The translations under genes were made by a program, and so were the position numbers. From assembly GCA_030649055.1 (NCBI GenBank), contig JAUSGH010000001.1, positions 10,907 through 74,906 on the forward strand: DNA of 64,000 nucleotides, read 5' to 3'. The notes below the pieces were generated by a model. It searched no databases and was not told the DNA's origin. It saw only the letters and a program-made list of their open reading frames with translations. The stretch is from a bacterium. GTDB taxonomy: Bacteria > Patescibacteriota > Minisyncoccia > UBA6257 > JAUSGH01. Position 1 is the first letter of the stretch, and every line of letters starts with the position of its first letter. Positions 47,590 through 63,320 of the stretch are shown one piece after another.

Positions 47590-49457
47590 CAGCCCGGCGA
47601 GGGCGCTGAAATAGTACCTGAAACCATATGTCTACAAGGACTAGAAGTCCAACCACTGAGCAATCAGTGGCGGACAACTAGGTGCCTATTGAAGAATGAG
47701 CCAACGACTTTACGTTTACTGCTTGTCTAAGTCGCTTCATGCGACGGAGGCATAGGGAAACCGAGTGTTAATAGCGCGTTCTCTTATTTATGACCGAGTA
47801 GCTGGTATGCTTCCAGCGTTCGGTCATAGATGAGAAGGCAGTAAGTGTAAGACCCGAAGCCAAGGCGAGCTTGCCCTGACCAGGATGAACCCGAGCGAAA
47901 GCGAGGGGGAGGTCCGAACCAGTTGATTGTGCAAAATCTTTGGATGAGTTGGGGTAAGAAGTGAAAAGCTAATCGAGCTTGGTAATAGCTGGTTCTCTCC
48001 GAAATAGTTTTAGGACTAGCGTTCCGCAAAAACCGTATGGGGGTAGAGCACTGGTTGATTCGTATTGGGGGAAACCTCGGCGCATCAGTCAAACTCCGAA
48101 TACCATACGGGACGCGGGATAGTCAGACTGTGGGGGCAAAGCTCCATGGTCGCGAGGGGAATAGCCCAGACCGTCGTCTAAGGTCCCTAAATTCTTGCTA
48201 AGTGTAAAAGGTAGTCATGCCCCAGAGACAGATAGGAGGTTGGCTTAGAGGTAGCCATCCTTTAAAGAGTGTGTAACAACTCACTATTCGATGGGTCGTG
48301 GCGCCAAAAATGTACCGGGGCTAAGCAAGATACCGACGACACGGGTGTCCATGACTTCGGTCGTGGACGCGGTAGGAGAGCATTCTGATTGCTGTGAAGG
48401 TTCATCCGTGAGGAGGACTGGAGCGTTCAGGAGTGAGAATGTTGGCATGAGTAACCATCAAATCCGATGAGAAATCGGATCCCCGAAAATCCAAGGTTTC
48501 CGTGGCAATGGCAATCAACCACGGGTTAGGCGATCCTAAGGCAATGGCGAAAACCGTAGCCGATGGGTAGCCGGTTAATATTCCGGCCCGCGCTTATTTG
48601 TGCGATGGGGTGACGGAGGAAAAAAGGTTGAGCGTCTCAATGGTTTGACGTCGCTGATGATAAGGAATGTGTTCTTGGCAAATCCGGAGCACTGTGTTTA
48701 ATCGCGAATTCCGCGCGTCGGCGTAAGGCCAAGTTTTACTTGGCTAATTCAACTGAAGAGCCTTCCAAGAAAAACCTCTAAGTTTAGGATAAGCGCATCG
48801 TACCGTAAACCGACACAGGTGGGTGAGGCGAGACGCCTCAGGGGAACGAGTGAGTCTTGGTCAAGGAACTAGGCAAAAAAGCGGCCGTACCTTCGGTATA
48901 AGGCCTGCCCGTCACGCCGCAAGGTGTGCATGGGCTGCAACAAAAGTACATTTGGCGACTGTTTATCAAAAACACAGCTTCCTGCTAACTCGTAAGAGGA
49001 TGTATAGGAGGTGACACTTGACCGATGCGAGAAGGTTAACGGTGGGTGTGTATTCGAAAGCAATTTTGGATATGCTCACTGCCCGAAGCCCTCGTCAATG
49101 TCAGCGGTAACTATAACCGTTCTAAGGTAGCGCAATTCCTTTCCGGGTAAGTTCCGGAGCGCATGAATAGTGTAACGATCGAATGACTGTCTCGACCAAG
49201 AGCTCGGTGAAATTGCGATTCCCGTGAAGACGCGGGATACCTGTAACGGGACGAAAAGACCCCGGGAGCTTTACTGTAGTTTGATATTGGCTTTAACGTT
49301 TTTCTGCGTAGCGTAGTGGCGAGGGTATGAAACCTGGTTTTCGGATCAGGTGGACCCGACAATGAAACAGCCATCTGGAAAATGTTAAAATCTAACCTTT
49401 ACGGCAAAAACGTATTGGGACAGTGTCTGATGGGCAGTTTTAATGGGGCGTTATCCT

Positions 49458-49794
49458 CAACAAAACGATTGACATCCGTTCAATCGAGGGGGTTAACGTA
49501 ATAAAAAATTCAGCTATATGCTGGGACATCCGTGCATCTTCAAGTACTCGGGCGCTTCGCGCTCAGTGAAAATCTTGAAGTGGCATCCGCCAGGTGGCGG
49601 ATCGACGGACAATCAGCAGGCAACCTCCGACGGACATCGGAGAGAGTCCTCAACGACTATACGCTGAACATCGTGATGTCACTCGCGATGAAGATATAGT
49701 CTGACCTCTGTGGCGACACAGAGAGTTGTGGTAGAAATGCCGCGCCGATCACCGGCAACTAAATTTTAGAGTTGCTGGCGATGTGTAACAAATG
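49458..49794 (+). other. Group I intron in 23S (near E. coli position 2262), no ORF
   Basis: Interrupts GGGGCGTTATCCT|CCTAAAAAGTAAC; follows U, ends in G; P/Q/R/S-like ATGCTGG, AATCAGCAGG, CAACGACTA, AAGATATAGTC. Confidence 0.92.
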
Positions 49795-50126
49795 CCTAAA
49801 AAGTAACGGAGGAGTTTATTAAGGTTGGCTTAGCGCGAATGGAAACCGCGCTGGACGTGTAAACGCAAAAGCCAGCTTGACGGCAAGACCTACAAGTCGC
49901 GCCGGTGCGAAAGCAGAAGTTAGTGACCCGATGATCCGTCATAGAATGGTCAGAGACATCGGCTAAAAGTTACCCCGGGGATAACAGGCTAGTCTGGTCC
50001 GAGAGTTCCTATCGACGACCAGGCTCGGCACCTCGATGTCGGCTCGCCCTAGCGCGGAGGTGGAGAAGCTTCCAAGCGTATGGCTGTTCGCCATTTAAAA
50101 GGGCACGTGAGCTGGGTTCAAACCGT

Positions 50127-50400
50127 CAACGAAAAAGAACCTAGAGAAGACATCAACAAACGGCGGCGCTTTGCCGTAAGGCAAAGCTGAGAAGTTGACT
50201 CATATCGGTGAAGTCCTACAAAATCTTTAACCTGGGTTTTGAGGATAACCCCGAGGGAAGGTCCGATGAACGTCGGACCCCCGTAGAGACTTGATCGTAA
50301 GGGATCGGAATCCGGTTTTATAATCGGGTTAATACGTCAACCCTCCGATGAATATCGGAGTGATGGTATAGTCCAAACAATTAGTAATAATTGAGTATTG
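50127..50400 (+). other. Group I intron in 23S (E. coli position 2593), no ORF
   Basis: Interrupts GGGTTCAAACCGT|CGTGAGACAG; follows U, ends in G; ATCGGTGAA, ACCCCGAG, GTAGAGACT, ATGGTATAGTCC. Confidence 0.92.
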
Positions 50401-50826
50401 CGTGAGACAGGTTAGTCTCTACCTGTTACAGGCGTGTGATGCTTGAGGGCAGTCGACCCTAGTACGAGAGGACCGGGTTGAACGAACCTCTGGTCTACCA
50501 GCTTTAGTACCAACTGAATCGCTGGGTAGCTAAGTTCGGAAGGGATAAGCGCTGAAAGCATATAAGCGCGAAGCCTAGCCCAAGATAAGGCATCTTTCCG
50601 CAAGGAAGCAGTCCGTAGAAGATTACTACGTTGATAGGTCGCAGGTGTAAGATCAGTAATGATTTCAGCCGAGCGATACTAATAGACTGTCACACGCTCT
50701 GAATTGAGCGCATGAAAGTAGCGTTCTCTGTAGAAATATAGAGGGCGCCAGTAAAACCGATCATCAAAGCATTGAACCCCCGCCTTTCGGCGGGGGGAAA
50801 GGGTTAGAAAAAACAACCTTTTTGTT

Positions 50827-50944
50827 TGCTGGTGTTTTGTTTCGATGTGTCCCACCTCTTCCCATTCCGAACAGAGTCGTGAAAGCATCGTGAGCCGATG
50901 ATACTAGCTGCTTCGGCGGCCGGGAAAGTAGGATATGCCAGCAA
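50827..50944 (+). rRNA. rrf: 5S rRNA
   Basis: CCACCTCTTCCCATTCCGAACAGAG..GTGAA, GCCGATGATACT, GGAAAGTAGG; TTGCTGG/CCAGCAA terminal stem. Confidence 0.95.
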
Positions 50945-51027
50945 TCAAAAGGGTTGTTTTTGTAAAAAGATCAACGGCCTCGCTCTTTAATTAGAGCGAG
51001 GCCGTTGCGCGTTGGCTGTGTTCGGCG

Positions 51028-51561
51028 TTACTTCTTTTCGTTCTTGTCCTTGTCCTCCCGATCCTTCTCCGCGGCGTCTTCTTTCTCCATTTCGTCCGTC
51101 GCCGCCTTCCACTCGTCGCCGGTGAGTGCGGTGAGCAGGAACCTCCATTCGGTGTTGAACTTCATCGCACACCACGCGAGTCTTGCGACGGTGTCGCGGC
51201 ATTCGGCGAGCTTGTCCTCTTCGTTCATGAGGTTGGGATTGCACAGGAGTCCGTAGGCGTGCACCCAGTGACGCTCGGTGCGCATGTAGAATTTCTCACA
51301 GTCGCGCAGTGCCGCCTTCGCCTCGTCCGTGAAGCGCGCGGGGTCCGCCTGCTTCTGGATGATGAGGAGGCACAGCACTTCCTCGCATGCCTCAGGAAGG
51401 CTCAGCCGGGCAGTCGAGGATATTCGCTGGAGCTCTGTGAATTCCTTGTACTGCGGAGACTTGGGGTTGTTCCGCTGGTCGCGCTTCTGCTCCTCTCCGA
51501 ACGCGGTCGCAGTGAGCATGGTGAGGGCGAGAACGAAACCGATGAGGGTACGTGCGCTCAT
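51028..51561 (-). CDS. Secreted hypothetical protein (ORFan cassette)
   Basis: GGAGG SD, signal peptide ending AFG, several Cys, terminator 50973-51006. Confidence 0.75.
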   Translation of the reverse strand: MSARTLIGFVLALTMLTATAFGEEQKRDQRNNPKSPQYKEFTELQRISSTARLSLPEACEEVLCLLIIQKQADPARFTDEAKAALRDCEKFYMRTERHWVHAYGLLCNPNLMNEEDKLAECRDTVARLAWCAMKFNTEWRFLLTALTGDEWKAATDEMEKEDAAEKDREDKDKNEKK

Positions 51562-51678
51562 GGCGCATCCTCCGAAGGGAGACAATCAAAACACTAATCA
51601 GAACCATAACGGAACTCGTCGCCTTTGTCGAGCGTCTTTTGTTTTCTTGTTTTTTTGATTTCTTGGTAGAGTGAATGT

Positions 51679-52446
51679 ATGTCCAATCGCATCGTCAAAC
51701 AATTTCTCTACGGCATGTTCTATCTCCTCTCGCTCACGCTTATCGGCGGAAGCGTGTATTTGGGATATTTCAAACCCGCGGCGTCGTGTGTTGATAAGGT
51801 GCAAAATCAGGGAGAGGAAGAGGCGGACTGCGGGGGCCCATGTGTTGCCTGCGCCGTCCGGAAACTGCGGCCCATCAAGGTGTTGCCGTTGCAGTTGTTT
51901 GATATCGGCAACAACGCAAGCTCGGTGCTTGTGGAGCTTGAAAATCCGAACTTGAACTACGGAGCATCGCACATTGCTTATACCGTGACGCTGTATGACG
52001 CGCAAAACGCGGCGCTCACTTCATTCAACGGCGATACGTTCATTCACGCAGGCGAGGTAAAACTTATCGTATTTCCGGCGCTTGAGGTGCCATTCCGCGC
52101 TATCATGAGAGGCGATTTTGTGGTGCGCGATTCCGCGTGGCTCGCGGCGGGTGAGTTTCCGCGGCCGAATGTGGAAGTGCGTGAAGTGGTGACAAAACGT
52201 GAAGGAAAAACCGCAATCGTGGAAGGAGTGGTGCAAAATAATAATTCGTATGGCTTAAGACAGGCGGTGGTGAGCGCTGTTGCGATGAACCACGCGGGGC
52301 TTTTTGCGGACGCCTCACGCACGGTTCTCTTGGATATCCAGCCGTTTGAAGAACGCTTTTTTAAGATCGTAATCCCGCTGCTTGACGCTGATGCCGCAAC
52401 CCTTGATACTGCCCGTACGCGCGTGGTCGTGGATACGCGTCGATAA
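51679..52446 (+). CDS. Membrane-anchored hypothetical protein
   Basis: TM, SCVDKVQNQGEEEADCGGPC Cys motif, two Ig-like beta domains. Confidence 0.85.
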   Translation: MSNRIVKQFLYGMFYLLSLTLIGGSVYLGYFKPAASCVDKVQNQGEEEADCGGPCVACAVRKLRPIKVLPLQLFDIGNNASSVLVELENPNLNYGASHIAYTVTLYDAQNAALTSFNGDTFIHAGEVKLIVFPALEVPFRAIMRGDFVVRDSAWLAAGEFPRPNVEVREVVTKREGKTAIVEGVVQNNNSYGLRQAVVSAVAMNHAGLFADASRTVLLDIQPFEERFFKIVIPLLDADAATLDTARTRVVVDTRR

Positions 52447-52447
52447 C

Positions 52448-53524
52448 ATGCTTTCATATTTCAAGCGTCTTGATTGGGGCGTCACCGTTCCTGTGCTGGT
52501 GATGACCGCGGTGAGTTTGACTATGGTCGCGAGTATTGCTCCGCGGCTTTTTCCGATGCAGCTTGCGTGGTTCGGGATTGGCATTGCTGTGGCGGTATTG
52601 CTTGGCGTGAGCGACATACGTTCGCTCACCAATCATCGCGCCGTTGTCTACGGTTTATATATGTTGGCAATCGGGCTGCTGCTCGCCACGGCGCTTTTCG
52701 CGCCCACGATCCGCGGGTCGCGGAGCTGGTTAAGCTTCGGCCACGCGCAGTTTCAGGCATCCGAATTCGCGAAAGTGGCGCTTATTGTTCTTTTTTCATA
52801 TTTTTTTGCGAAGGGACACGCGCGCATCGCGCACGGCTCAACCATCCTTGTTTCATTTTTGTATCTTGCCTTGCCTGCGGCATTTGTCATGAAGCAACCG
52901 GACTTGGGATCGGCGCTGATCATGGGCGGTGTGTGGATCGGATATCTGTTTGCTTCAGGTATCAAGCCACGGCACGTGGGGTTGGGGCTTATTGTTGCCG
53001 TCGTCGGATTCATCATCGCGTGGAACGGATTTTTGAAACCATATCAGAAAGAACGCATTGTTGGACTTTTTGTGCCCGATCGCGACCCGCTGGGGGTAAA
53101 TTACAACGTTATTCAGGCAAAAATTGCCATCGGGTCCGGCGGATTTTTTGGCAAAGGATTTCGGCAGGGAACGCAGGTACAGCTGGGGTTTTTGCCGGAG
53201 GCGCAGACGGATTTTATTTTAGCCGCGCTTATTGAGGAGTGGGGACTAGTCGGGGCAATTATTCTGTTCGGCGCGTTTTTGTCGCTCATGCTCCGCATTA
53301 TTTGGATTGCGTTGGAATCGCCGAATAATTTTTCACGCCTCTTGTGTCTTGGGGCGATCATTTTATACCTTTTGCATTTTGTGGTGAATGTCGGTTCAAA
53401 TGTGGGACTGTTGCCCGTCATCGGAGTTTCGTTCCCATTTTTGAGCTATGGCGGCTCTAACCTGCTTGCAAATTTTATGCTTATCGGCATTATTCAAAGC
53501 ATCGCGGCGCGGAAGTCATTCTAA
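52448..53524 (+). CDS. rodA: Rod shape-determining SEDS protein RodA
   Basis: FQASEFAK, QPDLGSA, IAIGSGG, FLPEAQTDFI, PFLSYGGS. Confidence 0.94.
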   Translation: MLSYFKRLDWGVTVPVLVMTAVSLTMVASIAPRLFPMQLAWFGIGIAVAVLLGVSDIRSLTNHRAVVYGLYMLAIGLLLATALFAPTIRGSRSWLSFGHAQFQASEFAKVALIVLFSYFFAKGHARIAHGSTILVSFLYLALPAAFVMKQPDLGSALIMGGVWIGYLFASGIKPRHVGLGLIVAVVGFIIAWNGFLKPYQKERIVGLFVPDRDPLGVNYNVIQAKIAIGSGGFFGKGFRQGTQVQLGFLPEAQTDFILAALIEEWGLVGAIILFGAFLSLMLRIIWIALESPNNFSRLLCLGAIILYLLHFVVNVGSNVGLLPVIGVSFPFLSYGGSNLLANFMLIGIIQSIAARKSF

Positions 53525-53525
53525 T

Positions 53526-54527
53526 ATGGGTTCTTTCTTGCGATATTGTTTTATTGCTATCACTGCGGCGTTTGTGCTTGCCAGTGCTGTATTTGTGCGC
53601 AGTTTGGCGGCGCCGGCTCGCGAAAACAAAGCGCAAATTTTCACCGTACTCCCGGGCGAGGGTTTGCGGGACCTCTCCGATCGTCTAGAGACCGAAGGAT
53701 TTATCCGCTCCGCGGGAAGTTTTCGCTTCTACGCGGTGCTTGTCGGTTCCGCGCACGCGCTGAAGCCCGGCACGTATGAAGTCACGTCCTCCGAAAGTGT
53801 TCCCGATATTGTGGAGCGGTTTGCCGAGGGGCCGCAAGACATCACGGTCACCATTCAAGAGGGAGGCACCCTCAAAGACGTTGACCGCATACTCGGCGAC
53901 CGCGGCATACTTACCGAAGGTGCCATTGTACAATTATCAGTGGCCGAATTCCGCGACCGTTACCCGTTCCTTAAAAATGTAAAATCGCTTGAAGGATTTT
54001 TATTTCCCGATACGTACAAATTCGCGCCGGGTTCGTTAGCGCGGGTAGTTACAGAAAAAATGCTGGATGTATTCGCGGTAAAGGCGTATCCCGAACTCGC
54101 GGCCTCCGGAAACGATTGGTACAAACATCTCATCATCGCCTCGCTCGTGGAAAAAGAAGTGCCCGACGTTGCGGAGGATCGGGCTATCGTCTCCGGCATC
54201 ATCGCGCGGCGGCTCAATATCGGCATGGGACTCCAAATTGACGCGACAATTGCGTACGCAAAATGCGGCGGAGCGCTTTTAACCTGCGGAGATATTCGCC
54301 TGGTGCGCGATGACTATGCCATTGCCTCGCCATATAATACCTATGCCCACGCCGGACTTCCGCCGACGCCGATTGCAAACCCGGGCGTTAATGCCATCCG
54401 CGCGGCCATAAACCCCAAGAAAACCGACTATCTGTTCTACCTTTCCGACCCAAAAACCAAACGCACCATTTTTAGCAAGGATTTTGAAGAACACAACGAA
54501 CAACGGGCGAAGTATCTTGGGCTATAA
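53526..54527 (+). CDS. mltG: Endolytic transglycosylase MltG
   Basis: LEGFLFPDTY, ASLVEKE, LQIDAT, SPYNTY..GLPPTPIANPG. Confidence 0.96.
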   Translation: MGSFLRYCFIAITAAFVLASAVFVRSLAAPARENKAQIFTVLPGEGLRDLSDRLETEGFIRSAGSFRFYAVLVGSAHALKPGTYEVTSSESVPDIVERFAEGPQDITVTIQEGGTLKDVDRILGDRGILTEGAIVQLSVAEFRDRYPFLKNVKSLEGFLFPDTYKFAPGSLARVVTEKMLDVFAVKAYPELAASGNDWYKHLIIASLVEKEVPDVAEDRAIVSGIIARRLNIGMGLQIDATIAYAKCGGALLTCGDIRLVRDDYAIASPYNTYAHAGLPPTPIANPGVNAIRAAINPKKTDYLFYLSDPKTKRTIFSKDFEEHNEQRAKYLGL

Positions 54528-54550
54528 ATGGTACAATAAAGAACATATAT

Positions 54551-56134
54551 ATGACGACATTATCGGCACCAATGCAAAAACTGCTCACGGCGTTCCGCGT
54601 GTGGCGCGAGGTGACGCCAGTGGAAGAGGTCCCGAAAATCCACGTTGATGAAATCGCGGCGAAAATTGCCGCCTTTTACGAGAAGGTTCGGAACATCGTG
54701 GATTATCACGATGAGCACCTACTGCGGAAGCGGTTTATTTTGCGCGCGTTGAAACGCCGTCTCATTATGCAGCGTTCGGACGACATGGCCGAGGCGCTCA
54801 TCAAGGAAATTATCCGTTCGGGGCATTTGCCCAACGACACGATTCCACAGGGAAAGATTCCGGAAGTCCAGCAGTTGATTGACGGCATGCGCGTCGTAAC
54901 CGACCGCTTGCGAGGCCAAAATCCGCGCGAAGCCAGAGCGCTAGAAGAATGGCTTATTGAAATTGCCGCGAACTCCATTGAAGAAAATCTGGTGCCGCCC
55001 GCGAAAGACGCCATCCTTTTTGAACTTGCCTTCGCGACGGTGCGGAAAGATTGCGCGGTGACGGGGGCGGCATTAAGCGAGGATGAAATCGCGTTGCACC
55101 TCTTTGTCGCGCTCCAGCGGTCGCTGTTTCGCGTGGACGACGATCAGTTGTGCTATCGCTTATTCGCGTTTATTGCTCCGCAGTGGAAGCTGCTGCCAGG
55201 CATGGACGCCGAGCGCATTGCCATGGAACTTCCGGCATTGAAGAACAGCATCAACGCCGCGATGAAAAGCCGGCATATCGGCGCGTTTGAAAAACTGTGC
55301 AACCGATACAACACCGCCTTTTTTCTTATCGGAGACATTATTGAAGAGTACCAGACCATTGACGCGTTTACAGGCCTTTTGCAGGACGAAGCGGCGCTCA
55401 AAAGCGCAATCGCGCGGATGTACGCGCGCCGGTTTGAACGTGAGAGGCATCGCCTGCACCGCCTGGCATTCTTCAGTGTTCTTTCGTTTTTGCTTTCTAA
55501 AATCACCATCGCGCTAGCCGTGGAAATCCCGATTGAAACATACCTCACGCATAGCTTTTCCCTTACCAACACCATTTTAAACATCCTTTTCCCGCCGTTT
55601 TTGATGCTGATGATTGTCGCCGGTATCCGCATGCCGGGGAAGAAGAACGCGGAGCTTGCTACCGCCGCGGTTGCCGAAATCGTATACGAAGAAAAACCCC
55701 GCCGGTACTTTATCGTGATTCCGAAGCGCCACGGTATTGTTGTCGGGGCGTTTATGTACGGCACTTACCTCGCGCTCTTCGCGCTGTCCTTCAACGCGCT
55801 CTACCGTGTGCTCACGGCATTGCATTTCAACATCGCAAACATCATCGTTTTCGCGCTCTTTGTCTCACTGGTCTTGGCGGCCGGCGTGCGGATTAAAAAC
55901 CGCGCGCGCGACTTGAGCGTCGCGCCATTGAAGGCGACAGTCGCGTCGTTTATCCTTGATCTCTTTATTTTCCCGTTCATCACCGTTGGCCAATGGATTA
56001 TCTCCGGACTTGCGAAATTTAACGTGCTCGTGCTCGCGATGAACGCGGTCATTGAACTCCCGTTCCAATTTTTGGTTGAGTTTTTGGAAAACCTCCGCGG
56101 ATTTATTGAAAGCAAAAAAGACAAGTTGCGATAA
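54551..56134 (+). CDS. Conserved hypothetical membrane protein
   Basis: Long ORF, YEKVRNIVDY..EHLLR motif, C-terminal TM helices. Confidence 0.85.
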   Translation: MTTLSAPMQKLLTAFRVWREVTPVEEVPKIHVDEIAAKIAAFYEKVRNIVDYHDEHLLRKRFILRALKRRLIMQRSDDMAEALIKEIIRSGHLPNDTIPQGKIPEVQQLIDGMRVVTDRLRGQNPREARALEEWLIEIAANSIEENLVPPAKDAILFELAFATVRKDCAVTGAALSEDEIALHLFVALQRSLFRVDDDQLCYRLFAFIAPQWKLLPGMDAERIAMELPALKNSINAAMKSRHIGAFEKLCNRYNTAFFLIGDIIEEYQTIDAFTGLLQDEAALKSAIARMYARRFERERHRLHRLAFFSVLSFLLSKITIALAVEIPIETYLTHSFSLTNTILNILFPPFLMLMIVAGIRMPGKKNAELATAAVAEIVYEEKPRRYFIVIPKRHGIVVGAFMYGTYLALFALSFNALYRVLTALHFNIANIIVFALFVSLVLAAGVRIKNRARDLSVAPLKATVASFILDLFIFPFITVGQWIISGLAKFNVLVLAMNAVIELPFQFLVEFLENLRGFIESKKDKLR

Positions 56135-56204
56135 GTGGGATCACAAAGCGCAAATTGCCGAGTGCGTGTGTTATAATAAAGAAATGTGGCGCGGAAAGTG
56201 GGTC

Positions 56205-56255
56205 TTGACAAAAGTTTTAGGGCTATTGACAAAACTTGACCCTTTCGCATATAAT
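56205..56255 (+). promoter_or_regulatory. rpoBC promoter region
   Basis: TTGACA at 56205 and 56226; TATAAT at 56250. Confidence 0.6.
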
Positions 56256-56448
56256 TACTTTCATATTGTGAGTCACCAAAAATAAACGAAACTTTCCCGT
56301 TTGGGTGGGTTTTGTTTTGTGTAATACGGACAGTTTCTTATTCATGCAATAATAGCCGCTTTGCGGCCAGGGGACACCGCGGGTAAAATTCACCGCGCGC
56401 ATTGAGTGCAGTATTACCATTAAGACGTGACGCGTTCGTAGGGCTTTT

Positions 56449-59400
56449 ATGATTAAACAACTCCCCACGAAGGTTTTCTCAGCGCACAAAGGAGCTCTAG
56501 TGAAGCAGCCGAATTTGGTTGAGGTTCAGACAAATTCGTATCGCTGGTTTTTAGAAAAAGGCATCCGTGAATTGCTTGATGAGGTCTCTCCCATCAAGGA
56601 CTACTCGGGCAAAGAGCTTGAGTTGCATTTTACCGACTTCGCTTTTGACGAGCCGAAGTACGACGAGGCGTATTCACGTTTCAAAGATTTGACGTACGAG
56701 GCGACGTTAAGAGTGAAGGCGAAGCTCACAAACAACCGCACGAAAGGCGAACATGAGCAAGAAGTGTACTTCGGGGATTTTCCGATCATGACCGATCGCG
56801 GTACGTTTATCATCAACGGCGTGGAGCGCGTGGTGGTCTCCCAGCTCATCCGTTCGTCGGGCGTGTATTTCACCGCGAACGTGTGGCGTGGCCGGAAGCT
56901 GTTCGGCGCGAAAGTTATTCCGAACCGCGGCGCGTGGCTTGAATTTGAAACCGACGCGGACGGATTTATCGGAGTGAAGATTGACCGCCGTCGCAAGGCG
57001 CCGGTTACTGACTTGCTCCGCATTTTCGGAAACGTTTCAAACGAGGAAATTTTGAAGGCGTTTGCCGACGCGGACACCGGACCGATTAAGCACATTGCTC
57101 AAACACTGAAAAAAGACAGCGCGGAATCCGCGGACGACGCGTATTTGGAAATATATAAGCGTATCCGTCCGGGCGATTTGGCCGCGCCGGAAAACGCAAA
57201 GAGCTTGATTGACGCGATGTTTAACCGCAACGACCGCTACGATTTGTCGCTGGTTGGCCGGTTTAAGCTCAATGAGCGGCTGAAGTCATATGTTGGCGAC
57301 AAGATCCCCATGGGAGCGGAAGGCACTGCCTCGGGCAAAAAGGACGCGAATTCGCGTCTTTTGGGCTACGACGATTTGGTCCGCATCATTAAAGAAGTCA
57401 TCCGTTTGAATAACGACCAGAGCAATGAGCCGGATGATATTGACCATTTGGGGAACCGCCGCGTGCGTCCAGTGGGGGAATTGTTGCAGAACAAACTCCG
57501 CGTGGGACTCGCGCGCATGCGCCGCATTGTGCAGGACAGAATGTCCACGCTGGAGATTGACACCCTGACCTCCGTACAGCTCGTGAACGCGCGGCCGCTG
57601 ATTTCGGTGGTGAAAGAATTCTTCTCGTCCTCACAGCTTTCGCAGTTCATGGACCAAGTGAACCCGTTGGCTGAGGTGGAACACAAGCGTCGCATCTCCG
57701 CGATGGGTCCGGGCGGTTTGACTCGTGAACGCGCCGGATTTGAGGTGCGCGACGTGCACCGCTCCCATTATGGCCGCATTTGCCCGATTCAAACGCCGGA
57801 AGGCGCGAACATCGGTTTGGTGAATCACTTGTCAAACTATGCTCGTTTGAATGAATTCGGATTTTTGGAAACGCCATACGCGGTGGTCAAAAAAGGGAAA
57901 ATTACCACCGAGATCGTTTGGCTGAACGCGCTTGACGAAGAGAAAAAGAAAATCGCGCATGCCGGCGTGCCGGTGAACGATAAAGGAGAGATAGTGGGCG
58001 AAATTATTGAAGCGCGCGTGAACGGCGAGCCGGGTATTTGCCATCGTGACGAAGTGGACTTGATTGACGTGGCGCCGCAGCAATCCATCAGCGTCGCGAC
58101 CGCGCTTATTCCGTTTTTGGAGCACGACGACGCGAACCGCGCCTTGATGGGTTCTAACATGCAGCGGCAGGCGGTAGTTTCCGTTCGCGCCGACGCGCCG
58201 TATGTCGGCACCGGCATGGAGGACAAGGCCGCGCACGATTCGGGACACTTGGTGCTCGCGGAAGGCGACGGCGAAATTATGGAGGTTGATGCGACAAAAA
58301 TCGTGTTAAAGACGGCGAAGGGCATCACAACGACGCTCCTCAACAAGTTTAAGCGTTCCAACCAGTTCACCTGCATTTCGCAGCGCCCGCTGGTGCAGAA
58401 AGGGGAGTATGTGAAGAAAGGCGCGCTCTTGGCGGACGGTCCTTCCATTGAGAACGGGACCCTCGCCTTGGGACAAAACCTCCTCGTGTCATTTGTGCCG
58501 TGGGATGGAGGCAACTTTGAGGACGCCATCATTTTGTCTGAGCGCGTGGTGCAAAACGACCAGTTCACTTCCATTCATATTGAAGATTTTTATTGTGATG
58601 TCCGGGACACGAAACTTGGGCCCGAAATGACAACCCCTGACATACCGAACGTTTCCGAGGAAAAACTCCGTAATTTGGATGAAGACGGAGTGGTGCGCGT
58701 CGGCGCGGAAGTGAAATCCGGAGATATTTTGGTCGGCAAAATTTCTCCGAAAGGTGAAAGCGAGCTCACTGCCGAGGAGCGTCTGCTCCGGGCGATTTTC
58801 GGTGAAAAAGCGCGTGACGTGAAAGACACCTCGCTTACCATGCCGCATGGCAAATATGGACGCATTGTGGGCATCAAGATCTTCTCGCGTGAGCACGGCG
58901 ATAAGCTTGAGCCGGGTATCATCAAACGGGTGCAGGTGGAAATTGCACAGCTCCGCAAAGTCATGGCGGGCGATAAGCTCGCCGGACGCCACGGCAACAA
59001 GGGTGTTATCTCGCAGGTGCGTCCGGTGGAGGATATGCCGTATCTTGCCGACGGTACACCGGTGGATATCGTGTTAAACCCGCTTGGCGTTGCCTCGCGT
59101 ATGAACCTCGGGCAGATTTTGGAAACGCATTTGGGTTGGGCGGCGAAGACCTTGGGCTACCGCGCGGTGACCCCGGCGCTCTCGGGAGCGACCGACGCGG
59201 ATATTAAAGTGGAACTTAAAAAAGCAGGATTGCCCGAAAGCGGGAAAGTGACGGTGTACGATGGTCGTACCGGAAAACCGTTCAGCCAGCCGGTGACCGT
59301 GGGCATCATCTATATGATGAAGCTCAACCACTTGGTGGAAGACAAGATCCACATGCGCTCCATTGGTCCTTATTCGCTTATTACGCAGCAGCCGTTGGGA

Positions 59401-59691
59401 GGCAAGGCGCAATTCGGCGGTCAGCGCTTCGGCGAAATGGAAGTATGGGCGCTGGAAGGGTATGGCGCTGCGGCGACATTGCAGGAAATGTTGACCATTA
59501 AGTCCGACGACGTGGTTGGCCGTTCCGCCGCATACGAAGCCATCATCAAGGGCGAAAAGATTAAAGCTCCAAACATTCCCGCGTCATTCAATGTGCTCGT
59601 GTCTGAACTGAAAGCGCTTGGCTTAAACGTCGAATTATTGCGGCGCGAACTGACGGCTGAAGAAGAGGCCGCGCGCATGGAACAGAAATAA
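56449..59691 (+). CDS. rpoB: RNA polymerase beta subunit
   Basis: [49 protein letters not shown]. Confidence 0.99.
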   Translation: MIKQLPTKVFSAHKGALVKQPNLVEVQTNSYRWFLEKGIRELLDEVSPIKDYSGKELELHFTDFAFDEPKYDEAYSRFKDLTYEATLRVKAKLTNNRTKGEHEQEVYFGDFPIMTDRGTFIINGVERVVVSQLIRSSGVYFTANVWRGRKLFGAKVIPNRGAWLEFETDADGFIGVKIDRRRKAPVTDLLRIFGNVSNEEILKAFADADTGPIKHIAQTLKKDSAESADDAYLEIYKRIRPGDLAAPENAKSLIDAMFNRNDRYDLSLVGRFKLNERLKSYVGDKIPMGAEGTASGKKDANSRLLGYDDLVRIIKEVIRLNNDQSNEPDDIDHLGNRRVRPVGELLQNKLRVGLARMRRIVQDRMSTLEIDTLTSVQLVNARPLISVVKEFFSSSQLSQFMDQVNPLAEVEHKRRISAMGPGGLTRERAGFEVRDVHRSHYGRICPIQTPEGANIGLVNHLSNYARLNEFGFLETPYAVVKKGKITTEIVWLNALDEEKKKIAHAGVPVNDKGEIVGEIIEARVNGEPGICHRDEVDLIDVAPQQSISVATALIPFLEHDDANRALMGSNMQRQAVVSVRADAPYVGTGMEDKAAHDSGHLVLAEGDGEIMEVDATKIVLKTAKGITTTLLNKFKRSNQFTCISQRPLVQKGEYVKKGALLADGPSIENGTLALGQNLLVSFVPWDGGNFEDAIILSERVVQNDQFTSIHIEDFYCDVRDTKLGPEMTTPDIPNVSEEKLRNLDEDGVVRVGAEVKSGDILVGKISPKGESELTAEERLLRAIFGEKARDVKDTSLTMPHGKYGRIVGIKIFSREHGDKLEPGIIKRVQVEIAQLRKVMAGDKLAGRHGNKGVISQVRPVEDMPYLADGTPVDIVLNPLGVASRMNLGQILETHLGWAAKTLGYRAVTPALSGATDADIKVELKKAGLPESGKVTVYDGRTGKPFSQPVTVGIIYMMKLNHLVEDKIHMRSIGPYSLITQQPLGGKAQFGGQRFGEMEVWALEGYGAAATLQEMLTIKSDDVVGRSAAYEAIIKGEKIKAPNIPASFNVLVSELKALGLNVELLRRELTAEEEAARMEQK

Positions 59692-59703
59692 AGCACTAAA
59701 TCT

Positions 59704-63300
<3,597 letters not shown>

Positions 63301-63320
63301 GGGATAGAGCATGGGAAGCA

